A program made the translations under genes and the position numbers. From contig NC_058368.1 in the NCBI RefSeq assembly GCF_018350175.1, positions 219,606,001 to 219,670,000 on the forward strand: a stretch of DNA of 64,000 nt. The letters are read 5' to 3'. The notes under the pieces are model-generated. The model made no database searches and was not told the DNA's origin. It was given only the letters and a program-made list of their open reading frames with translations. Below, piece after piece: positions 39,061 to 54,490 of the stretch (positions are counted from its first letter, which is position 1; the number at the start of each line of letters is the position of its first letter). This DNA comes from Felis catus (Eukaryota).

Positions 39061-40844
39061 CATTATTCTAAGTTATTTACAGTTATCAACTCATTAAATC
39101 CTCATACCATCTCAGTGAAAGAGGTACTGTTAATTTACCCAAGGTCACTGAGATAATAATTTGTCAAAATAAGATTTGACACTGTAAATTTCACACCTGA
39201 ATCTATGCTGTAACCACTACTGTATTTAACAATCTTTTCTAATCAGTCAAATGCATACCATCATTTATTACTCTCATAGAAAATACATACAATTCAAATC
39301 TATATTACAATAAATTTGTGTAAGCATTCTGAAATTTCAAATGATGCAACAGCTCTTTCTAAAATCTCCTCTAGGTTTGAGTATTTGGGGAATCTCTAGG
39401 CCTTCCTCTATTACCTCTTAAGCAAGAAAAAACAAATGTTTCATCTTGGCAGATATCCTTGTTTCTGTCAGTGTCACTTGGTGTAATGATGAGGAAAACA
39501 ATAATATTTAAAGACTCACTGTCAGTTTGGCGAGCATTTAAACATGTGAATACATTTTTAAAATGTAATGATGATAATTTTTTCAATGTGAAAAGTTAAA
39601 AATTGTAACAAGTTAGCCCTCCTGAACACTTTCACTGAATTTTTTAGTTCCTTGGGCCAGTTATCTACTGAAGTATGTGAACTCATTTTTTTCTTTTCGA
39701 TAATAGTAATGTCAAAAATTGCATAAGATTAGAAAAAGTATATATAAAATTGAAACAAATAACTACATTTGTATTTATATACTAGATGAAATAATGTTTT
39801 AAGTTCTTCTTATCTTAATCTTAACCATTAAGGGATATTAACTGCATTAAAATGCAGTAATTTTAATTGTTTTTAAAGTATAGTTACAAGATATTTATTT
39901 CTGTAATAAATGATACTTGACTTTCTGTAGGATGCTATTTCAAAGTATAATAATATGCATTATTTTATTTGATCTCTAATTATTCCTATAACTGGTAGAT
40001 TCTGTTTCATACTTATTATACTAACCATATTTCAAAGGAACTGCCTTCTACTGATCTTGAAGTTTTATTCCCCTACAGATTCCTTTTCCCGAGTAATTTT
40101 TATCAATCTTTAATCCATAACGATGAGTTGCAAATCAACTGATTCTTGGACATCACTACGTGCTGGTCTCAACTCCTTAAGAATTTTGTTCAAAGGTCAT
40201 GGTTTCAAAGACGGGATAAAACTGTGACCAGTCCCCTCCTCCAGTCAAATTCCCAACCCCTGATGATTTCTGCCATCTCTGCAGCTGTTTCTAACAGGAA
40301 GCACCCTGTGCGAGGGCACTGTGCTGTTCCCAGTCTGCCAAATACTGCTTCAGTGTTGAGGGTAGGAAATCTCTCTTCCCATGTGGTGCTCAGACAGGCC
40401 CTTCATGCCAAAATAGATCAGGGCCCCCACATGAGAAACTCTAAGCAACCTATAATTTAATTCATTTGTATGCAGCCATAGACTAGTGTGGCTGAGTCCA
40501 GAAAGAAGATGTAAGTGAACTATAATATATATTCCATAAAACATGCTTTCCTCAATTACTCAGGTGTGGTATTTGGCATGAGTTACCATCATATACCATA
40601 ACCTTTCTCAGGTAAGTTGACCCTTACAAGGACACTTGCCCTCTTTTCCTAGATTTTGTTTCATTTGGGATCTATTTAATATATGCTTAAAAAATAAGTT
40701 TTCTGGTAGAATAGAGAAAAAATGCCTAGTTTTATCTGAAGATTGTGAGAATTTCATAAAAAAGAAAAATATAACTGGGCTCCATTTAAATAGTGTATAA
40801 GAGTCCTCCTAGCAAGCAAAAGTGGTAAAAGCCTGATCCAAAAC

Positions 40845-41553
40845 GGCATCGCTACTTTAGAAGACAGTTTGGTCTTTCCTTATAAAATAAATTTACTTTT
40901 ACCATCCTGAAATCATGCACTGGGTATTGATCCAAGTGTGATGAAACATATGTCCATACAAAAACCCCAAATTGCCAAAACTTGTAAACAAGTAAGATGT
41001 CCTTCAGTAGATGGATGTATAAGTAAGTGTGGCTCAGCACTAAAAAGAAATGAACCATCATGTCATGAAAAAACACAGACAATCTCTAAATGCACACTAC
41101 TAAGGGAAAGAAGCCAATGTGAAAAGGCTGCATAACATATGATTCCAACTATATGACATTCTGGAGAAGACAAAACGATGGAGGTGTATAAAGGTCAGTG
41201 GATGCCAGGGATTGCGATAGAAAGGAAAGGATGAATAGGTGGAGAACAGAGGACTTTTTGTGTGGTCAAAGTATTCTGTATGACACTATAATGGTGAATT
41301 CTTGTCATTAGACATTTGTCACAACCCATAGAATGTACAAAACCAAGAGTTGACTCAATGTAATCTAAGGATCTGGGGCAATTATGATGTGCCAGTGTAG
41401 TGTTATTGATTATAACAAATGTCCCATTCTAGTCAGGGGATACAGATAGTGGGGAGAGGCTGTCCTGTGTGGGACAGAAGAGTAAATGGGAATTCTGTAC
41501 TCTCCACTCAATTTTGTTGTAAACTTAAAACTGCTTTAAAAAATAAAGTCTAT
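40845..41553 (+). mobile_element. L1MC-type LINE 3' end
   Basis: TGATTCCAACTATATGACATTCTGG..ACCCATAGAATGTACAA..AAAACTGCTTTAAAAAATAAAGTCTATT matches the recalled L1MC1/2 3' UTR. Confidence 0.8.
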
Positions 41554-43786
41554 TTCTTTAAAGTGCTAAAGCCATTTCAGCCAGAGAAGGTATCTTATCT
41601 GAATCAAATACACATTAAGTGGTGGCTCAGCATGTGAGGTGTCTGATAGACCAAACTCTCAGCAGTACCGTATCATCACTGGAAATGTAACAAGGTAGAG
41701 ACAATGGCTTTTGCTAGTATTTTGTAGAATGAAACACTACACATACTAGGTTAAATCACATAACATTGGCAAAATCTGACATTTTTGACCAAGAAAATAC
41801 TATTAATTTTATATGGCTCAATCTGACACTGGAAAGTTAACTCTGATTTGTATTTTCTACTGGAGGGTGAAGCACCAATGCAATTTCTTAGGTTGGTGCT
41901 GAATAAGAAGAGTCAAAAAAAGGGTGTGTCCAGTGGACTGTTATATGTTTTTCTGAGGAAGTTTGTTGTTGTTGTTGTTTTTGTTGTTGTTGTCTTTTCT
42001 TCAAGAATTATATGGGAAACCTAAAGACAGAGATGAAATACTTAGAAAACAAGAGGGAAGGTTAGTTTTAATAATGGTACCAAGAGTCCACTTGCTCAAC
42101 ATTTAGTATCCATAATCAATATGTATTGAAGAAATATCTGGAGACTATCTTTCTGAAGAAGCATCCATGTGTGTACACTAGTGTGATTAGATGTTTCAGT
42201 TGAGATCTATGCAAAATCAAGGATATTAGAAACAGCCTGGGGAATCAGAGCAAAGAACTCCAAATTTAATGGATTCCAGGATAAAGTCAAAAGAGATAAA
42301 GCTGAAAATCATGAAGGATTTTGTGCTCCATTAAGGATGATAGTTCATTCTCCAGAGGCATTGGCGATTCATGGGAAAATGAGATCAGATTTGCATTTTA
42401 TGAAAAACATTACCTGTTGTGAAATAAATCCATTAGTTGGGCACATTAAACAAGGCAATGACCACTGAAATGAATACAATGGGCCAGTCAGGAAACAGTA
42501 GATGTATAAACAAACAGTGGTAGTGAAAAATAGACAGTGAAGGAAAATTTGGAAACATTTAATATAAAGTATTAGAAGAAAAAAAAAAAACAGTTACAAC
42601 AGATTATGAAAACCTTACTGGATAGTTTAAATGGAGGAAATAGGATTAAAGAGGAAATGAAGACTAAAGTTTTGTGTAGGGATAGTGAGGGAATATTGTT
42701 GCCATTCCCTGAGGAAAGGAAACAAAGAATCAAATAAAGAAACACATTTTAAAATAACGACATCTTTATTAAAGCAACAAATTATGTAAAAAAAAGAGTA
42801 CAGTGTTCAGGGTATTGAAAGATAAATATGGGTTTACAACATGAACAAGAGGTAAAGCACTTGGAAAAAATAATAAAATGAGAAATATATACACTCTGTC
42901 TGTCACTTAACATTCCATGAAAGGTAGTTCACAGGTAAGAATAAACCTATAGATGTCTAACAAAACAACAAAAAAGGACGTCACTTTACAGAAATACTGA
43001 AGGGAGTTCTAACATTTGGAACATAGACATGTTCACATCTCAAACCTGAAGAAACCATGACCCAGAGCATGTACAGCATATAATTATTGCAAAAGTAGGA
43101 GCGGCGTTAGAGTGTGCCAAGCTAAGTCAATGCTCCTAAGATGGAGCAATGGCCTTGGAAACATTTGTTGTCAAGGTTACTAATGGGAGAGATACGTTTG
43201 GAATGGCTAGACCATTTGAGTTCTTCCCATTTTGCTCAGAACTCACTGTAGTGGTACTTGATCTAGAGCTGGAGCAGTGTCATTCCTGAGAATGAAGAGA
43301 TTAGAGAAATGTTCTTAGAAGCTAATTATGCCCAGAAGGGGATGAACAGTTCATATCCAGAGGACATGACCTTGGCACATACCTCTCAGTAGGAGCAGTA
43401 CATGTTGTCCATCTTGTACAACATCTAGGAACAGACTACAGCAAATTAGAACTAGAATAGGATTTCCAAGTATTACTACTACCACTACTGCTGCTACTAT
43501 TAATAATAATGATAGTGATTAAACAAAAGTCCCCCAATATTAGAAAAAAAAAACTTTTATAATGAGACTAAAGCAACAAAGTAAAACGATACAATTAAAC
43601 AAGAAACATGGGAAACAGAAGATTTTAGAAAAGATATAATAAAGAATCTTCAAATGTATGTATTTGGATATTACCTTTCTAAAAAAGATTCAACCTATGA
43701 ATTTGTAGATTAAATTTTTATTTTAGAATCATGTAAATTATGATTATTTATAGCATATTGTCTGTTTAAACTATTTGTCTTCTTTT

Positions 43787-44016
43787 ATTTTATTTTTTTT
43801 TTAATTTTTTTTTTCAACGTTTATTTATTTTTGGGACAGAGAGAGACAGAGCATGAACGGGGGAGGGCCAGAGAGAGAGGGAGACACAGAATTGGAAACA
43901 GGCTCCAGGCTCTGAGCCATCAGCCCAGAGCCCGACGCGGGGCTCGAACTCAGGACCGCGAGATCGTGACCTGGCTGAAGTCGGACGCCTAACCGACTGC
44001 GCCACCCAGGCGCCCC
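43787..44016 (-). mobile_element. Young SINEC_Fc-type SINE
   Basis: Near-consensus reverse copy; TSD TATTTGTCTTCTTTT. Confidence 0.95.
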
Positions 44017-44865
44017 TATTTGTCTTCTTTTAAAGCAGACATTTGTAAAATCCTTTTATAAAGTAGTTGCCTTTACTTTATAGTTTTTTGAAGCCTCTTT
44101 TCAGTTAGAAACATGTCTAAGCATTTTGAAAATAATGTGCATTGCATAAGAAAGAAATGGACCTCTTTTGGAATATAATATCAAGACATTCAACAAATCT
44201 TGAATTTGAACTTTTATTTTCTTTAAGACTGTATATCTTTAGTTAAAGTGAACAAAATCTTATAGCTCATGCCACAGAGTTTTTAATGTGAAGTTGTCCA
44301 AAGGTGTAAGAGTGGAATTAGGTTTTATATTGGCATCTAAATTCTGTCTTTATTGACTGAGAATATAAAGTCCACATTCCAGCTTGCATGTGCATTCCAA
44401 CTTGATTATATTAATTTCTCTCTTGCTACGTGTAAGTTTCTTGAGAATAGGTAGCATTTTTTATTTAAGTTTTCTTCACAGAAATTATATAAAGAAGCTT
44501 TGTATAGTAGACATTCCAACAATGTCTTATGAATAAATAGAAAAATATATTATTTACAAACTTCCTTAAAATATTTTCTGGGTGAACAATACAACATCTT
44601 CTACAAATGAGTCTTTAAGAGAGTAATTACAACATTACTGTGTTAATTTGTTACACAAAACCAATTTTTTAAAGAAATAGTGTTCTAATCCTGTCAACTG
44701 TAAAACCAGTGCCAATTGGAAAGTGTTCAGGAAGCAGGCCACTTCAACATTTTCAAAGAGAAAATAGCAGAAAATTTCTTCTTTCTGACACTACTCTTTC
44801 TCGTCTTAATTCTTTCCACATATGTGAAGATATCAAGGAAGGTTTTTTCTTTTCTTTTTTTCTTT

Positions 44866-44896
<31 letters not shown>

Positions 44897-45534
44897 GTTA
44901 ATTACTAGGAGATTGTCTGACACCTAGTGGGCACTCACTAAATGTTTGCTGAATTATTACAAGAAAGAAAGTTGAGAAATACAAGCGAGAAAGAAATGAG
45001 GGCAACATCATTATGTAAAGCATCTTAAAATGCCTTAAACTATAGATGTGATAGGGAGAAAGGGCTGGCATCTTAGAAACTTCCTGGAGGCACTCTTTGA
45101 GAACACTCTAGAGGCTAAAACAAATCTGAATTTTTAAAACTAAGAGAAGATTCAGAATAAAACACACTAATCCAAATATGCACATTCATTTTAAGACCAG
45201 GATACATTTATAGAAAAAATATATATTTAGGATTGAATAAAATAACCTCATTATAATTTGTGATTTATCCACATAACTTAATGATTCAATATAATAAAGA
45301 AAATGTAAAGTTTTGATTGAACATAATATATTTTATTTTCACAGACTGTTATTGTGTTAGCAATTCTATGTTTATTTAGAGGCTTAAAATTAAGAATATT
45401 TACACTACACAAAGAATTAGTAAAAGAATAGTGAATAAAGAAGTTAACATTTCACCTAGAACACATTAGGTAAGGGTAACTAGAACAATAAAGTTCTAAC
45501 ATTAGAATATGCTGTATTTCAAAATATCCTTTTA

Positions 45535-45757
45535 GGGGTGCCTGGGTGGCTCAGTCAGTTAAGCTGTGACTGGATCTTAGCTGAGGTCATGACCTCATGG
45601 TTCATGGGTTCATTCGAGCCCCACATTGGGCTCTGAGCTTCCAGCCTGGAGTCTGCTTGGAATTCTCTCTCCCTCTCTCAGCCCCATCCCCACTCGTGCT
45701 CTCTCTCTTTCTCAAAATAAATAAAGAAACTTAAAAAAAATTAAAAAATAAAAAAAA
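45535..45757 (+). mobile_element. Can-SINE
   Basis: GGGGTGCCTGGGTGGCTCAG head and A tail; TSD core ATCCTTTTA. Confidence 0.92.
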
Positions 45758-47597
45758 ATCCTTTTATCTACAAATGTATATTTTCTATGCTTCTTTAAAG
45801 TTGAGGGTTATAAATAAAGTTATCTGTGCATTTCCATTATTTACTACAATGGAATGATTATTTTTTACAAAAGTTAGTGAGCATTCTATTTCCCTTTCTG
45901 GAATGTTATATGCTAGTATTACTCAAATTTAAGGTCTTTATAAAAGATAATCCTATGTATTTACCCATCATGCTGCTCAAAGTTGCTGCTAATCCGTTGA
46001 TTTTTTGGCCTGAAAACCATATGCAGATGCAAAAATGAATCACAAAGTGACTCTGAGAAGAGAGATGTTGTGGTCAGTCATTCATGTGTGCACCAGGTAT
46101 GTGAACTTCCAAGCACAATTTCACTGGACACCTATGTGCCCCTAAAAGAATCTGACCTGTTTGTGATGTGTCCAATGCTGCAAAGACAGAATTTCAGGGC
46201 CTTGAAAGTGAATACATACTTTGTAAAAAAATCAGAATATAATATATAAATCCACACCTGTTCTTCCTTCCAAATAAGTTAATATTCATTACAGTTTGAG
46301 CAGAGTATGTACTTCTAAAGTTGCTATAATTAACTAAATTTTAGTTAATAGAATTTGAACAATTTTTTGATTATAAAATTTTAAGTTGTAGTACAATGTT
46401 ATATAACTACATCAAAATATTAGAGAACCACCTTATTTTCCTGAATTAAAAAATAAAGTATTATATTTATTTTTTATTTTATTATTTATTTTAATTCAGG
46501 AAAATAATTCCTGGGCTAGATGCCAAAAAAAAAAAAAAAAAAAGAGGAAAGTACAAAAGACTAGTTTTTTTGCCCATTTCAGTATGAAAGGAAATTAATA
46601 TGTAGATATGGGAATGATATATAATTTGGGGTCAGCATTGAGACAGACCAAACAGAGATATGAATGAGCTCAGGGACAAGATTTTACTTTATAGTTATAG
46701 TTACACATTATATGACAGTCAACCTATTATCTCATACTTATGCTGACTATTTAAAAGGATCCATAAGTACATCACAATATTTTATACTCCTGATCAACCA
46801 TATGCATACTTATATTAATAAAATGAGGAGGCCAATATTTATTCATTCAGTGGTGGCTTATTGTCCAGTGCTGAGGACCAAGCACTCTGTGAGCTACTAA
46901 GCTGGGTCAGACATGGGTCCCCATCTCCAGGAGGTTGCTGTGGAGTGTGACAGCACTAACAAAGCTGTGCCCTATAGAGGCACAAGGAAAGATGACTAAG
47001 TGTGCCTGGAAACTCAGAAGACTTCACAAGGAAGACACTAGTCTATCTCAAACTTGAAGGAGGAGTTGGGTGCTGTGTGTGGATAAATGTGGAAAGACAT
47101 TTCACGCAGCAGAGATGATATTTGGAAAGGAAGCAGGCCAAGGAACAATGCTTTTTTTTCCATCCAATATATATATATTTTTTTCACTCAGGGAGGTAAC
47201 AGGTTGATCTTAGCAGGACTCAAACTTACCTGATTCAAAACAGACCGTTTCTTCATCCCCACCATCGCCCCTTTTTGGAATCACTGTACCAGTCACTTAA
47301 TCATTAAAAATAAACCACAGGAAATAATTTTACTCTCCTTCTGCTTCCTCATTTCCCTCACATAGTCATAGTTGTCACACGGATCCCTTCTTTCCCATAT
47401 CTACTCCTATTAGGACATGGGACAGCTGATGGGTGACACATTCTGAATATGAAGTCATATAGCCAGGGGTTTCAATGCCAGTTCCAGCTTCCACTATCAC
47501 TACATCTCCGACATGTTATCCACTACAGGTTATACCACTACATCTTCACATGTTATCACCACCTGAGTGTGCTAAACCTTGGTTTCATTAGCCCTAT

Positions 47598-48004
47598 TGT
47601 GACGGTTAATCTTATGTGCCACCTTGGCAAGGCTATGTGCCCAGTTGTTTGGTCAAACACCAGCCTAGATATTTCTGTGAAGTTACACATATTTTTAGAT
47701 ATGATTAACATTCACAATCAGTAGATACTGAGTAAAGCCTATTATCCTCCATAATGTGAAGGCCGACCAGTTAAAGGCTTTAGGAGCAAAAATGGAGGTT
47801 TCTGGAAGGAGAAGGAATTCTGCCAGAAGATTGTAACATAGAAATTCTGTCTGCGTTTCTAGCCTGCCACCTACCCTGCAGATTTTAGAGTTTCTAGCCC
47901 CCACAATCACGGGAGTTAATTCCTTAAAATAAGTTTCTCTCTACCTCTTTGCCTCCCTGTCTGTATCTCTGTCCTCTGTTTTTCTCTTTTTATCTCTCTC
48001 TCTC

Positions 48005-48043
<39 letters not shown>

Positions 48044-48075
48044 TGTGTGTCTAAAATATTGGTTCTGTTTATCTC
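47598..48075 (+). mobile_element. MLT2-type (ERVL) solo LTR containing a (TC)n(TG)n microsatellite
   Basis: Starts TGTGACGGTTAATCTTATGTG..GTTTGGTCAAACACCAG and ends ATTGGTTCTGTTT, typical of MLT2. Confidence 0.82.
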
Positions 48076-49899
48076 GTATGGGGTACAAAATTATTTTAGA
48101 TAATATTTTTGTTTTATTATCAGTATTATTATTCTGTTTTATTCTGTAGACAGAATGGATGAAATACTCCATAAAGAGATTTCCTAGCCTGCAGTGTTTT
48201 CCCCTACCACTGAGTTCTCTCCACAGCTGCTGGAATGATCTTCCTATGGAATGAAGCCCTACTAATCATAGTAGCAATAAGAATAATAACAGTATTGGTA
48301 GTTGAAATTTGAGTACAACTCAGCACTATGTTCACCATATAAATTTTATTATTTTATTTAAACCTGAAAAACCCATAAATGGTACATATGTGTGTACATA
48401 TTCATCCACACATTTCAAACATGAAAACCAGGACTTACAGCTATCAAGTAATTTGTCCAAGGTGAAGCAGCTGTTAGGGTGTGGAAGGAGGATGCAAGTC
48501 ACATTCTGCCTTGTCCCATCACCCACCATTTAACCATACTTCATTCAGTGTCCCTTTCAAATTTAACATTTAGAAGTCCCCCCCCCACCCCGCCCAGCTA
48601 AGCCACCTGCCCCATACATACCCTTCCTTTTCTTCAAATAATATTTTGCTCCTTCTGCTTGAAAAATCCATGAACATTAAGATATCTGGGGGGTTTTTTT
48701 GGTGCCTTTCCCCTATTTCCTACCATACATCTGGCAAACTGTTCCAAATACTGTAGGGCTCTGATTAAAAGCAGCTTTTTCTGGGAAAGCTTCCCCAACA
48801 GCCAATCTACCTGAAGATGGGGTGTGTCTTCCTCTTCCTCTGTGTTACCAAAGTGACACACACGTACCTCTGTTATAGTATTTCTTATATTCTACCTTGG
48901 CTATTTTCACCTACTCCTTTAGAATCTGTAATACATAAAGTCAATACAAGGACATGACCTATTTAGTTTTCTATTCAATTACCTACCTGAGTATCGGACA
49001 CTTAGAATGCATAGTTGAGACATGAATGCACAAATGAAGTAAGTTTGGGAACAAATGAGGTAAAAGAAAAAAAAGTCTTGCTTTTTTAAATGCCAGCAAT
49101 GTAGTGATTAAAATTAAATTTTAATAAATTATTTTGAGTATATAGGCTCAGAATGTTGATAATAAGAATTATGTCAGGCAACGTGAAATACAATATAATT
49201 TCTTAATTTAATTACATCTGAAGGGTTTTATATCTTCCTGAATTTATAGATTTTGAAAAATAAAAAAAAGAACTATTTAATGCCTTAAATTGATTAGACA
49301 TTCTGGAACTTTGGAAATCCATGGGATAATTATACAAAATTCTACTTAGCTTTATATCTTTGACCCAGGAGTCAAAAAGGAAAAAAAAATGAAAATTTCT
49401 AACTTCAGGCAAAAATAAGCATCCCACTAATTATTATGAGTCAATTATATTACATAAGCATGAAATTCTGATAGCAATGAACTACATTATGCATGCCTAA
49501 TGATTCCAAAAATGGAAATGGATTTGCACAAATACAAGGACTCCATAGCAGTTATAAAAGAAAATACAAAAATAGATTGCTATCAAACAGAACATCAGCA
49601 TGTAAAGTGTGACAACTGACTACCTCTTCATGTGATACAAATTAAAACTCTCTTACATGTGAAAAAACACAAGGATGTTTTAGTATGAATGCACATAGTG
49701 ATTTGAGATTATTCAGGCAAATAAACTTCTAATATCCTTTTAACTCCAAGTGATTAGTTAAAACATAAATGCATGGAACAACTAATAAGAAAGGAAAGTT
49801 CTCTGAGGTGTTGTCAAGAGTGTGCTTCTTTTCTTTAAGTTTTAATTTAAAAAAAATCCCAGATTCAATCTCTGAAATTTTGCTTTAGTTCCTTGTTAG

Positions 49900-50065
49900 G
49901 ATTAAGGACATACCATGTCCTGAATATGCCTCAGTTTTCTCATCTGTAATATGAAGATGAGAATAATTCTTTTCAGATCTCACAGAGCTGACATAAATGT
50001 CGAATGTATTAATCCCTATGAAAGTACTTTGAAATGATAAAATACAATGTTGACATTGCTATTAT
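49900..50065 (+). mobile_element. MIR relic
   Basis: MIR core GCCTCAGTTTTCTCATCTGTAATATGAAGATGAGAATA. Confidence 0.6.
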
Positions 50066-50295
50066 CAACATTTCTATTTCTATGATTTTTGACCAAAAGA
50101 GATGTGAAATGATCCCAGAGCATAAAGTATAAGGGATGGGGAAATCAAGCAGATAAAATCATTTAGTGACTGTTCCTGGAAAATGTGTTTCTAAACCTGG
50201 ATCTACAAGTATAATCCATGCTAAATTTTTAGACTAGTACTGTAGAAAGTATACTTGGAGGGGAAATTCTTTTTTTTTTTTTTTTTTTAAGTTGA

Positions 50296-52045
<1,750 letters not shown>

Positions 52046-53547
52046 AAAGAAGAGTAAGTCACGAATTTCTCAGATTGGCTGATGTAGTCCAATAATCACT
52101 AAAGGACTGCATAAAGCTTAAGTGAAACTGAAGCAGTTCATTTTCAAGGCATCTGATAAGGGAGTAAGACTCAGAGGCAGAGTGCAAGCCATTAGTGTTG
52201 GAGAAAGTCAAGGTCTAAATTCAAGCCTTCTTACCAACTTCAGACACAAGACCTGGGATTGAGTTTGAGGTCTCAGATGATTCCTGAATAAAGCTGGAGA
52301 ATGAAAGCACTAAGAAAGTTTTTCCTGACATTTTCATTCAGGTTTTTAAAGCACAGACCTATTTATTGAAGGTGAAGAAATAAAGAAGTATTTCCTTCAA
52401 GTAATCTGTCCATTTCTCCACACTTTTTTTTTTCATATGCAAGTGATTCTTAAAAAATAATCCAGTGGCCTTTGGGAGGCATACGGTTTGGAGTATGTGG
52501 GGCAGTGGCTTCTCTTGTACCATTGTATGACTGCCATTGTAACACCCACCCTGGGCATCTGGGAGGAGAAAGACTTGACCTTCATCTGTATGATCTGAAG
52601 AAACAGGATGCGTTTTTTTGGAGGTTTGCAAGATGGCGGCTTAGGAGGACGCTGGGCTCACCGCACGTCCTGCTGATCACTTAGATTCCACCTACACCTG
52701 CCTAAATAACCCAGAAAACCGCCAGAGGATTAGCAGAACGGAGTCGCCGGGGCCAAACGCAGACGAGAGGCCCACGGAATAGGGTAGGAAGGGCGGCGAG
52801 GCGGTGCGCGCTCCACGGACTGGCGGGAGGGAGCCGGGGCGGAGGGGCGGCTCGCCGGCCAAGCAGAGCCCCCGAGTCTGGCTGGCAAAAGCGGAGGGGC
52901 CTGACGGACTGTGTTCCGACAGCAAGCGTGACTTAGCATCTGGGAGGTCATAAGTTAACAGCTCTGCTCAGAAAGCGGGTAGGCTGGAGGACAAAGGGAG
53001 GGAGAGCTGCTGAGCCCCCTGACGACAGAGCTCAGTTTGGTGGGGAACAAAGGCGCTCACCAGCGCCATCTCCCCCGCTCATCCCCCAGCCAAAATCCCA
53101 AAGAGAACCAGTTCCTGCCAGGGAACTTGCTCGATCCACACAAACACCCAACTCTGCACTTCTGTGGAGCCAAACCTCCGGCAGCGGATCTGACTCCCTC
53201 CTGCTGCCACAGGGCCCCTCCTGAAGTGGATCACCTAAGGAGAAGCGATCTAAGCCTGCCCCTCCTGCCCCTGTGCACCTTGCCTACCCACCCCAGCTAA
53301 TACGCCAGATCCCCAGCACCACAAGCCTGGAAGTGTGCAAGTAGCCCAGATGGGCCACACCACCCCACAGTGAATCCCGCCCCTAGGAGAGGGGAAGAGA
53401 AGGCACACACCAGTCTGACTGTGGCCCCAGCGGTGGGCTGGGGGCAAACATCAGGTCTGACTGCGGCCCCGCCCACCAACTCCAGTTATACACCACAGCA
53501 CAGGGGAAGTGCCCTGCAGGTCCTCACCACACCAGGGACTACCCAAA

Positions 53548-54440
53548 ATGACCAAGCGGAAGAATTCCCCTCAGAAGAATCTCCAGAAAATAACAACAGC
53601 TAATGAGCTGATCAAAAAGGATTTAAACAATATAACAGAAAGTGAATTTAGAATAATAGTCATAAAATTAATCGCTGGGCTTGAAAACAGTATAGAGGAC
53701 AGCAGAGAATCTCTTGCTACAGAGATCAAGGGACTAAGGAACAGTCAGGAGGAGCTGAAAAACACTTTAAACGAAATACATAACAAAATGGAAACCACCA
53801 CAGCTTGGCTTGAAGAGGCAGAGGAGAGAATAGGTGAACTAGAAGATAAAGTTATGGAAAAAGAGGAAGCTGAGAAAAAGAGAGATAAAAAAATCCAGGA
53901 GTATGAGGGGAAAATTAGAGAACTAAGTGATACACTAAAAAGAAATAATATACGCATAATTGGTATCCCAGAGGAGAAAGAGAGAGGGAAAGGTGCTGAA
54001 GGGGTACTTGAAGAAATAATAGCTGAGAACTTCCCTGAACTGGGGAAGGAAAAAGGCTTTGAAATCCAAGAGGCACAGAGAACTCCCTTCAGACGTAACT
54101 TGAATCGATCTTCTGCACGACATATCATAGTGAAACTGGCAAAATACAAGGATAAAGAGAAAATTCTAAAAGCAGCAAGGGGTAAACGTGCCCTCACATA
54201 TAAAGGGAGACCTATAAGACTCGTGACTGATCTCTCTTTTGAAACTTGGCAAGCCAGAAAGAATTGGCACGAGATTTTCAGGGTGCTAGACCGAAAAATA
54301 TGCAGCCGAGAATCCTTTATCCAGCAAGTCTGTCATTTAGAATAGAAAGAGAGATAAAGGTCTTCCCAAACAAACAAAAACTGAAGGAATTTGTCACCAC
54401 TAAACCAGCCCTACAAGAGATCCTAAGGGGGACCTTGTGA
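53548..54440 (+). pseudogene. L1 ORF1p (RNA-binding chaperone), one frameshift near 54295
   Basis: MTKRKNSPQK..coiled coil..RNNIRIIGIPE..RHIIVKL; the C-terminus (MQPRILYPASLSF..KPALQEILRGTL) continues in another frame. Confidence 0.93.
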
Positions 54441-54490
54441 GACAAAGTCCCAGAGACATCACTACAAGCATAAAACATACAGACATCACA

